From IMG/VR virus record IMGVR_UViG_3300032266_000559, positions 1-43,538 of that record: 43,538 nucleotides of DNA. One strand, written 5' to 3'. The notes beneath the pieces are model-generated. The model worked only from the letters and a program-made list of their open reading frames with translations. It did not search any database and was not told the DNA's origin. This stretch comes from a virus (Duplodnaviria; Caudoviricetes). Of this stretch, positions 9,147 through 16,019 are shown piece after piece. Numbering within the stretch: the stretch's first letter is position 1; every line of letters begins with the position of its first letter. Position numbers and translations under genes: made by a program.

Positions 9147-9352
9147 CACAGCAGCCTCCCTGCTTGATCGGCCGCGGCGGCGAGCAGGCGATAGTCGTCC
9201 GCGATCGCGGCCATGACGCCGATCTGAAAGTCGGCATCGGCCTGCTTCATCCGGCCGTCTGCCACGCGCGTCGCGTAAACGCGGCGGCGGAAACCAAGCT
9301 CCCGCTCGGTCGCCTTGAGCTTCTCCCTGGCCGTGAAAGTGAGAGTAGTCAT
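9146..9352 (-). CDS. Small phage early protein (68 aa)
   Basis: ERELGFRRRVY..RVADGRM motif that I recognise from phage ORFs; GGAGG RBS at the end of the array. Confidence 0.7.
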   Translation of the reverse strand: MTTLTFTAREKLKATERELGFRRRVYATRVADGRMKQADADFQIGVMAAIADDYRLLAAAADQAGRLL

Positions 9353-9361
9353 CGGTCCTGC

Positions 9362-9861
9362 GCCTCCCGTGCCTTGCCCTGCTCATCCGTGCCTTGTCGT
9401 GCCGAGCCTGCCTTGCCGCGCCATGCCTCGCCGGGCCTCGTCTGGCCAATCCGAGCCTTGCCTGCTTTGCCATGCCATGCACCGCCCCGCCGTTCCGAGC
9501 CGTGCCCCGCCTGCCTTGCCATGCGCCGCCAGGCCATGCCTGACCTCGCCATGCCGAGCCCCGCCTGCCGCGCCAGGCCGTGCCGTGCCCCGCCTCGCCT
9601 TGCCCGGCCGGGCCTTGCCTGCCGTGCCGGGCCTTGCCCGGCCGCGCCACGCCTAGCCTCGCCTGCCTTGCCGAGCCCAGTCCGGCCTAGCCTTGCCCCG
9701 CCTGCCGCGCTGTGCCCAGCCTTGCCCTTCCAAACCGTGCCTTGCCACGCCTTGCCTGCTTTGCGATGCCTTGCCCCGCCGCTCCGAGCCGCGCCGAGCC
9801 AAGCTCTGCCGCGCCGTGCCTGCTTTGCCCCGCCATGTACGGCGAAACACCGCCGCGCATC
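9362..9861 (-). ncRNA. GGC-NN pentamer array, predicted multi-guide ncRNA (VIPR-like), 10 units
   Basis: ~92 in-register pentamers (plus strand gccNN) punctuated by 4-nt gcct at 9362, 9406, 9460, 9509, 9563, 9617, 9661, 9700, 9754 and 9818; downstream of a RAMP-like gene. The repeat is certain; the RNA function is inferred. Confidence 0.8.
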
Positions 9862-9912
9862 GCGTTGTGGCCCGATGCGACCGAGTGGCCGTCGTCGCAC
9901 CGGGCCGCCGCC

Positions 9913-10374
9913 TCACCCTGCAGCCAGCATCAAGCCCGCCCGCAGGCGTTTCTCGATGCCGTCGAGCTGGTGGGTGATCTTGTCGAGTTCCGGAGCCGCG
10001 CAGCGGGCCAGCATGGACCGCGCCTGCCGGATCGTTTGCGCCGTCAGGAGCCGCCGGCGCGCTTCGTCGCCAATGACCTCGTCGGCGCGCGTGTATCCGC
10101 CACCATTCCTGCGCGACTCCGGTTCGCTCACATAGACAGGCGCGATGACCGCCTGCCCGTCGGTTCGCGGCAGAACCTCGACCACGACCCGGATGATTTT
10201 GCGGGCCTGTTCCAGCCGGTAAAGCTCGCCCGCCTTGCTGTCGTCCCATTCAAACCGAGAGTGCAAAACGGTGTTCTCGGACCGAGCGAATGCGACGACG
10301 TCAGCAGGGTCAAGCGCGCCTGCCGGATGCGCCTGACGGATCATTTCCAGTTCGGATTTGATCGCCTCGGACAT
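9913..10374 (-). CDS. Accessory protein of the RAMP/array locus (153 aa)
   Basis: Start MSEAIK 1 nt after the RAMP-like stop; LHSRFEWDDSKAGELYRLEQARKIIR motif. Confidence 0.8.
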   Translation of the reverse strand: MSEAIKSELEMIRQAHPAGALDPADVVAFARSENTVLHSRFEWDDSKAGELYRLEQARKIIRVVVEVLPRTDGQAVIAPVYVSEPESRRNGGGYTRADEVIGDEARRRLLTAQTIRQARSMLARCAAPELDKITHQLDGIEKRLRAGLMLAAG

Positions 10375-10375
10375 T

Positions 10376-11047
10376 TCAGCCTTCCGTCGCCAGACGGAAC
10401 AGACCAAAGCCCAGCCCAGCCGATGCCCGGCTGTCGGGCCGGCCTTCGCCGATCCCCACTTGCTGGCCTGCGCGCTGCAGCAGGTTCGTCGCGTCCTGGA
10501 TCGAGAACTGGTCGAGGTCGAACCGGACGCGGACATTCGCCGACCACTCCCGCCACAACGGCCGGACGTGAACGTCGACGACGCCGGTCGCATTGCGGAC
10601 GTGCGCGTCGAACCGTTCCCACGCGCCATGGATCGCGACGAGCGGCGTGCCTTCCTGATAGTCAAACCCGTCGGCCTCGACGAACACCGACAACTTGGCC
10701 AGCGTCATCTTGTAACCGACCAGGCGACAGGCCGAGATCATCGCGTTGCGGAACGCCGCGGCCGGAATCCCCGGCGCGTCAGGCTCGTGTGGTGCGCCTT
10801 TCTTTCCGAGGATGTGCATGGCGTTGCGGCAATCCTCGTCGAAGTCGCGCGCCTCGCGGACCTTTTTCGACCGCGCCTGCGAGCCGCTGGCCATCTTGTC
10901 CATCATCATCTGCTTGGCTTTGTGGCTGAACCGGCTCTGGCAGTACGGCGCGGTCCCGATGATCTGGAATTCACAGGTCTGAAACCGCGGCGCCGGGATC
11001 GTCACCATCTTGGATGGCGCCTTGTTCTTCGTGATCGTGTCGAGCAT
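10376..11047 (-). CDS. Cas7/RAMP-like protein (Vipr-like, 223 aa)
   Basis: FQIIGTAP first strand, GIPAAAFRNAMISAC (cf. Cas7/Csm3 IPgsslKGalR), C-terminal Gly-rich loop GIGEGRP...GLGFGLF; GAGAGGGA RBS. Confidence 0.78.
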   Translation of the reverse strand: MLDTITKNKAPSKMVTIPAPRFQTCEFQIIGTAPYCQSRFSHKAKQMMMDKMASGSQARSKKVREARDFDEDCRNAMHILGKKGAPHEPDAPGIPAAAFRNAMISACRLVGYKMTLAKLSVFVEADGFDYQEGTPLVAIHGAWERFDAHVRNATGVVDVHVRPLWREWSANVRVRFDLDQFSIQDATNLLQRAGQQVGIGEGRPDSRASAGLGFGLFRLATEG

Positions 11048-11186
11048 TGCAGTCCCTCTCAAATGGCCGCCCGGGTAGTCGGTCGGCCGGCTTGGTTTTG
11101 CGCGCCCTCGACCGGAATGGCTCGATGGCTGTCACCCTTGCGAGTGCCGCCCGGCTGCCGAAACAGCCGGGGAGCCGCCGCAAAGC

Positions 11187-11852
11187 TCAGACGACGTCGC
11201 GCGTCCCGCCCTCGATCCGCAGCGCCGGCAAGGTCTCGCACCACGCCGCCATCAGTGCGTCGGCGACCTCAAGCGGCGGCCGGAGCCGGAACCGTTGCGT
11301 CAGCGGCGGCGTGTTCTCGATCGTGTGACCCCACGACAGCGGCGGCCGGGCCAGAAAGTCGCGCCGCTCGGTCACCAAGGCGCGCACGTCGGCCTTGTGG
11401 ATCTCGAATCGCTGATCGTCGGTCGGCATCGGCAGGCCGGCGGCGGTGTGAATTGCGACGTCATGGCGGACCTTGAGTTCACCCACGATCGCGCTCGGTT
11501 TCGTCCACTCGATCGACTTCATCTCGTGCGCAAACCGGCGCCGATAGAGATCGTCGAGCGCCATCACGACCGGCGTGATGATGTCGCCGATCACCGCCTC
11601 GTGGGCGTCGTGCAGAAGCACCCACGGCCGCAGCTCGACGGGCGCGGCCAGCGCGGCGATCAGCAGGTGCTGGGCGACGCTGATCGGCTTCTCGCTGCAG
11701 GCGTTGAACCGGGGAACATGCGCCAGCGTCAGCGCCATCTCGTGAAAGTCGACATCGGCGGCGCGCGGCTCGACCATGTCGATCACCCGGCCGTGCCGGG
11801 ATTGCGACCAGATCAGCGGCGGGCGGCGTTTGGGCTCGCGCTTGACGGTCAT
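11187..11852 (-). CDS. HD-domain phosphohydrolase (YfbR/5'-deoxynucleotidase-like)
   Basis: PRFN..SVAQH...LLHDAHEA.IGDI.TP...KAD. Confidence 0.85.
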   Translation of the reverse strand: MTVKREPKRRPPLIWSQSRHGRVIDMVEPRAADVDFHEMALTLAHVPRFNACSEKPISVAQHLLIAALAAPVELRPWVLLHDAHEAVIGDIITPVVMALDDLYRRRFAHEMKSIEWTKPSAIVGELKVRHDVAIHTAAGLPMPTDDQRFEIHKADVRALVTERRDFLARPPLSWGHTIENTPPLTQRFRLRPPLEVADALMAAWCETLPALRIEGGTRDVV

Positions 11853-12076
11853 CGGCGGTCACCCTCGATCACCATCAGACAGCCGCGCGCGGCCGTCAGG
11901 GCCAGCGCACACCGGTCGGCCAAGATGTCGAGCGCCATGATGGCGCCCTCGGCGTGCTCGCGTTCGAGCGTGCCGGGTTCGTGGTTCTGGCGGACCTTCG
12001 AGAAACCGGCGCGCAGGTCGAGGATCGCGAGCCCGGCCTCGCCGAGTGCCTGTCGGACGGCCTCGGGGCTCACCAT
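11849..12076 (-). CDS. Hypothetical protein (75 aa)
   Basis: Coupled overlaps; start MVSPEA. Confidence 0.55.
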   Translation of the reverse strand: MVSPEAVRQALGEAGLAILDLRAGFSKVRQNHEPGTLEREHAEGAIMALDILADRCALALTAARGCLMVIEGDRR

Positions 12077-12216
12077 GGCAGCACCGCCGCGCCGACGGTG
12101 AGGGCCGCCAGCGCGGCCGAGGAGGCTATCACCGCGCGGCCGAGACCGGCGGCGGCGGCGACGATCTGGGCGGCAGCGACGAACCCGCCGATGAGGAGGA
12201 GGAGGGCGGGCGTCAT
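12070..12216 (-). CDS. Small hydrophobic protein (48 aa; not in ORF track)
   Basis: MTPALLLLIGGFVAAAQIVAAAAGLGRAVIASSAALAALTVGAAVLPW; overlaps both neighbours. Confidence 0.5.
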   Translation of the reverse strand: MTPALLLLIGGFVAAAQIVAAAAGLGRAVIASSAALAALTVGAAVLPW

Positions 12217-12344
12217 GCGCCGAACCCGATGGCAAGGCCCAACACGGCCGCCGAGAAGGCGGCGAGGCCGGCGAGCGTGGCGAGATCGTCGAGCGCGCGG
12301 GCTATCGCCTGGCGGCGCTGAATGCGGGCAAGGGTGTGGCGCAT
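12213..12344 (-). CDS. Small membrane protein (43 aa), first gene of the PL operon
   Basis: GGGGGA RBS; basic N-terminus plus C-terminal TM helix. Confidence 0.55.
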   Translation of the reverse strand: MRHTLARIQRRQAIARALDDLATLAGLAAFSAAVLGLAIGFGA

Positions 12345-12371
12345 GGTTTTCCCCCGGAGTGGTGCTGTCCG

Positions 12372-12412
12372 AGGGTAAGCAAAACCTACTTTTGATGTCA
12401 ACTGAAACTTAC
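12372..12412 (-). promoter_or_regulatory. PL promoter with two operators
   Basis: TTGACA (12401-12396)-18 bp-TACCCT; 15-mers GTAAGCAAAACCTAC (12375) and TCAACTGAAACTTAC (12398). Confidence 0.7.
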
Positions 12413-12479
12413 ATGCAATCACCGGCCGCGATGCGGTAGCCTTGAAAGGTCCGTTTCGCGCACGACGAGGAGCGATTCA

Positions 12480-13217
12480 ATGGCCCGGCGACTTTTGATC
12501 CTTGCCATCGTTCAGTGTTGGGCGGCGGCGGTGTCCAGCACGGCCGCGGTGGCGCTCGAACCGATCGTCGCCGGCCGCGAGGGCCTTTATGCGTGCGACA
12601 ACATCGTTCAGATGAAAACGTTCATGGTCGAGCTGTTCTTTGGCGGCAAGTCCGATGATCTGAAATGTTCCAGCATTCCAGCCGGAACCCGCATCCTCGG
12701 CGACAATGTCCGACGGGTGAACGGTTTCATCAGCGGCGATGGTGTCGCCAACAGCTTCCGGAACGGCGTGGCGTTTGCGTTCTTCGGGATTGCGGAACCG
12801 CAGCAGTCACCCGCCGCCGCGGCGCCGCCGGCCGCCGCGCCGCCCGCACCGCCGCCTGTCTATGTCCCGCCGCCGCCTCGCGTGTTCAAGGTGATCAGTC
12901 CGAGCGACGTGCGGGCGACGCCCGACAAATGGCAGGGGCGCGATATCGAATTCCGCAACGTCAACGTGTATTGGGTCGACGATGATGATATTCGGATCAC
13001 GACGAGCGATAGTCTCACCGTTTTTGTAAAACGGGTCCGCGGCGGCGGTCAGTTGAAAGACAAATGCGAGACCGTCAAAGATGCCGTTTCCTCGAAATGT
13101 CGGGCGACGGTTCGTTTTTCCTATCAGGCCTATGATGTCGACCAGCCGTCGGGGCTGGCAAAGCGCACCGTGCTGGTGACGAACGACGCGGAATTGATTG
13201 TCGGGCGCGGCAAATAA
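12480..13217 (+). CDS. Exported accessory (moron-like) protein in the immunity region
   Basis: Signal peptide, Pro-rich linker, two domains; GAGGAG RBS; convergent with cI. Confidence 0.75.
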   Translation: MARRLLILAIVQCWAAAVSSTAAVALEPIVAGREGLYACDNIVQMKTFMVELFFGGKSDDLKCSSIPAGTRILGDNVRRVNGFISGDGVANSFRNGVAFAFFGIAEPQQSPAAAAPPAAAPPAPPPVYVPPPPRVFKVISPSDVRATPDKWQGRDIEFRNVNVYWVDDDDIRITTSDSLTVFVKRVRGGGQLKDKCETVKDAVSSKCRATVRFSYQAYDVDQPSGLAKRTVLVTNDAELIVGRGK

Positions 13218-13220
13218 TCG

Positions 13221-13814
13221 TCACAGATCGAATAGCACGCGCCGCACTCGACCGATCGCCTTGACGGGGCCTCTCGGAAAGATGTCCTCAAAACCCGGGT
13301 CGGTGCTGTCCGCCGTCAGCCTGGGCGGCGCATCGCGGTAGCGTTTCAACGTCGCGCCGACGTCGGTCTCGAACACATAGATGCCGCGATCGACCAGCGT
13401 TCGCTCCGAGATGTCGACGAACACAATCGAGCCGTGAGGCGCCACCCGGTTCATGGATTCGCCGCCAACACGCGCGGCGACGAACACGCCCGGCGGCAGG
13501 CTGGCGGCTCGAATGCGTGGCAGATCCGACAGGCGTTCGACGGTTTCCAGCTCGGCCCATGGCCCAGCCGATATCGACTGAATAAGCGGGACCTCGCGCA
13601 CGCCCGCATCGCCAGGTGTGTCGAGCAGATCGTCCGCGCTCAGGCCAAGCAAATCGGCCAGCACTTTCCACCGGTGTCCTTTGGGGACGTGCTTGCCGAT
13701 CTCCCATTGGGTGACCGTGACACGGCTGACGCCCATGGCTGTCGCGACCTGGGCTTGCGTCAAGGCGCGAGCCTCGCGGGCTATTCTGATCCGCTTTCCG
13801 ATCTCGCCCGTCAT
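13221..13814 (-). CDS. cI: CI-like repressor (HTH + S24 peptidase)
   Basis: LTQAQVA..MGVSRVTVTQWE HTH; GESM and TLKR Ser/Lys dyad; AG cleavage site. Confidence 0.93.
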   Translation of the reverse strand: MTGEIGKRIRIAREARALTQAQVATAMGVSRVTVTQWEIGKHVPKGHRWKVLADLLGLSADDLLDTPGDAGVREVPLIQSISAGPWAELETVERLSDLPRIRAASLPPGVFVAARVGGESMNRVAPHGSIVFVDISERTLVDRGIYVFETDVGATLKRYRDAPPRLTADSTDPGFEDIFPRGPVKAIGRVRRVLFDL

Positions 13815-13850
13815 GGCCCGACCGTGCAAGGTTGCACTTAACACGGCAAC

Positions 13851-13891
13851 GGAGGTTTTGCTTGACATCGAATGTAAGTGAAACCTACTTT
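13851..13891 (+). promoter_or_regulatory. PR promoter with two operators
   Basis: TTGACA (13862)-18 bp-TACTTT; 15-mers at 13851 (reverse complement TCAAGCAAAACCTCC) and 13874 (GTAAGTGAAACCTAC). Confidence 0.7.
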
Positions 13892-13898
13892 CAACGCT

Positions 13899-14219
13899 AT
13901 GAGCACGCATCCGGTTCCCTGCACTGGTCTCGCCGCCGCCGTTGATGCGGCCGGCACGATGGCTGATCTGGCCCGTCGCCTCGGCATTTCCCGCGCTGCC
14001 GTCGCGCAGTGGCGAAAGGTTCCCGCCGAGCGGCTGGTCGAGGTCGAGCGCGTCACCGGCGTCTCCCGCGCGATTCTTCGGCCCGACCTGTTCGGTCCGT
14101 CCGATCCTCCCCCCGACGGTTTCACGTTCTGTCCGTCGGGCACTTCCTCGCCGCCCGTCGAGCCTCAAAGCGATGGGGACACCGGCGAGGACCTTTCTTC
14201 CTTGGAGCGCCAGCCGTGA
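13899..14219 (+). CDS. cro: Cro/YdaS-like regulator
   Basis: LARRLGISRAAVAQW..VPAER...LRPDLF; divergent from cI. Confidence 0.88.
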   Translation: MSTHPVPCTGLAAAVDAAGTMADLARRLGISRAAVAQWRKVPAERLVEVERVTGVSRAILRPDLFGPSDPPPDGFTFCPSGTSSPPVEPQSDGDTGEDLSSLERQP

Positions 14220-14632
14220 CGGCGGCCGGCGCCTCGTTGACGCGAGTGTCGCCGGCCTTTGCGCGACAGTCGTCAGCTCAGGTTGGGCAACGATCCGGAA
14301 AAACCGGACAGTTGGCGCAGCACCAGACCCCGGCCGCCATCGCCGGACGGCTGCGCATGTTCCTGACGGCCCGCCATCCGGTGAAAACCTGCGCCGCCGT
14401 TGCGGCCGCAACGGGCCTGCACGAATCCGCCGTTGCCAAGTGGCTCGACGGCCGGTCTGCGCCTTCCTCGCCGGCCCTCCTTGTCCTGGTCGGCACCTAT
14501 GGCCCGGCCGTTCTGGCCGCTGCGATGGCGCGCCCGCCGCAGTGGCTGGACGACGCCGCTGCGCGGCAACAGCGGGCCGAGATCGAGGCCGAGATTGAAA
14601 GCCTGACGCGCGTGTTGAGGGGGATCGCGTGA
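14216..14632 (+). CDS. CII-position HTH regulator
   Basis: VAAATGLHESAVAKWL..RSAPS HTH; GTGA overlap with cro; start uncertain. Confidence 0.6.
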   Translation: MTAAGASLTRVSPAFARQSSAQVGQRSGKTGQLAQHQTPAAIAGRLRMFLTARHPVKTCAAVAAATGLHESAVAKWLDGRSAPSSPALLVLVGTYGPAVLAAAMARPPQWLDDAAARQQRAEIEAEIESLTRVLRGIA

Positions 14633-14781
14633 CTGCACTGAAACGGGGGTTTGTCGGCGGCGTCATGCTTGCCGTCATCGTCGCATTGATCGTGGTCGAG
14701 GCCGTCGCGACGGTTTCGACTTGGCCCGGCCGGATCGTGCTGCGCGCGACCGAGGCCGTCAGGGGGAGGTTCGACCGGTGA
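14629..14781 (+). CDS. Small membrane protein (50 aa; not in ORF track)
   Basis: GTGA overlaps at both ends; one TM helix. Confidence 0.45.
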   Translation: MTALKRGFVGGVMLAVIVALIVVEAVATVSTWPGRIVLRATEAVRGRFDR

Positions 14782-15173
14782 CGACCAATTTCACGAAAAT
14801 GACCGAGGAGGAGATCGTCGCAATCTGCGCCATGCGGACGCGCGGCGTCCCGATCACCGAGATCGCGGCGCATTTCGGGCGGTCCTACAACGCGGTCAGC
14901 CATCAGCTGCGCCAGCGCGGCGTTCGGATCGTCACGCACCTGGCGCACGTCGAGGGCGTGAGCGGCGAAGGGATCTCGGACGTCACTGACCGGCTGCGCC
15001 ACGCCAACGAGGCCGAGGCCTGCTCGGCGCACCTGCTCGACCTTGAGACGCACTATCCCGACGGCCCGCCGTGGCGGGTTTCGCCGGTCTCGCACGAAAA
15101 TCGGCAGGTGCGGTTCTCGATCCCGACACCGTTCTCAATGGTCGGCTCGCCGGCCGCCATGTGCGAGGGCTAA
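14778..15173 (+). CDS. HTH protein (GcrA-N-like)
   Basis: MTEEE...G..ITEIAAHFGRSYNAV. Confidence 0.55.
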   Translation: MTTNFTKMTEEEIVAICAMRTRGVPITEIAAHFGRSYNAVSHQLRQRGVRIVTHLAHVEGVSGEGISDVTDRLRHANEAEACSAHLLDLETHYPDGPPWRVSPVSHENRQVRFSIPTPFSMVGSPAAMCEG

Positions 15174-15176
15174 CCG

Positions 15177-16019
15177 GTGCGCGCGATTGACCCCGGTTTT
15201 GTCAAGGCGCCGAGGGCGCAGGGCTTTGGCGTGCCGCCGATGCTGCAATGGGTCCGCATCGACAAGCTCGTGGTCGACGACAGCTATCAGCGCCCGATCG
15301 CCGGCGCTGGCAAAACCAACGTCAAGCGCATCGCCTCGCAATTCCAATGGTCGTGCTTTGCGCCGGCCATCGTCTCGCCGATCGAGGGCGGGCGGTTTGC
15401 GATTGTCGACGGGCAGCACCGCATCACCGCCGCGGCAGCCTGCGGGTTCGACGAGGTTCCCTGCCAGATCATCGTCGCCGAGCCTGCCGAACAGGCTGCG
15501 GCGTTCAAGGCCGTGAACGGCAACGTGACCAAGATGGGCCGCATGGCGATCCACGCCGCTGCGGTTGCAGCGGGTGATCCGACGGCGCTGATCCTCGACG
15601 AGGCTTGCCGCACGGGCGGCGTCACGCTGCTGCGCTATCCCGTCCAGGCGAGCGAGCAGAAACCCGGGCAGACCCATGCGGTTCAGGCCTGCGCGGCATG
15701 TCTGGCGCAGTATGGCCGCGACACCTTAATCACGGCCCTTCAGTGCGTCACGCAAACGGACAACAACGTGCCCGGGATGCTGACCGGGCCGCTGATCAAG
15801 GCGCTGTGCGAGGTCCTGGCCGGCGAACCGGCCTGGCGCGACGCCGGCGAGAGGTTGCTCCGGGCGTTTGACGAGATTGACCTGATCTCGGCGGTTGACG
15901 ACGCCGGGACCGCGGTCGCCAAGACGCGCGGATTGAGCCGCACGACTGCGCTGGCGCGCCTGTTGCGCGAGCGACTGGCGGCCGATCTGCCCGTCCCGGC
16001 GAAGGCGGTGACGGCATGA
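15177..16019 (+). CDS. ParB/Srx-like N-terminal domain protein
   Basis: VDDSYQR...IVDGQHR. Confidence 0.8.
   Translation: MRAIDPGFVKAPRAQGFGVPPMLQWVRIDKLVVDDSYQRPIAGAGKTNVKRIASQFQWSCFAPAIVSPIEGGRFAIVDGQHRITAAAACGFDEVPCQIIVAEPAEQAAAFKAVNGNVTKMGRMAIHAAAVAAGDPTALILDEACRTGGVTLLRYPVQASEQKPGQTHAVQACAACLAQYGRDTLITALQCVTQTDNNVPGMLTGPLIKALCEVLAGEPAWRDAGERLLRAFDEIDLISAVDDAGTAVAKTRGLSRTTALARLLRERLAADLPVPAKAVTA

Noticed and set aside
9362-9861. CRISPR array or simple microsatellite
   Set aside because: No 23-47-bp identical repeats with contiguous spacers and no cas1/2; the NN positions are too diverse and too regularly punctuated for a slippage satellite
9362-9861. Self-targeting of this genome by array units
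   Set aside because: Spot checks of a few decoded patterns against PL, PR and the origin found no match; not exhaustive, needs a regex search
9164-10249. Arg/Gly/Ala/Pro-rich ORFs across the array (9349..9900, 9164..10135, 9315..9656, 9653..10249 and the 5' part of 8901..9650)
   Set aside because: Low-complexity translations of a period-5 repeat that lacks stops in several frames; a 5-nt period with 4-nt marks is not codon-structured
13815-15095. 624-aa extended repressor ORF
   Set aside because: The N-terminal extension is antisense to cro and downstream genes; the real CI starts at 13814
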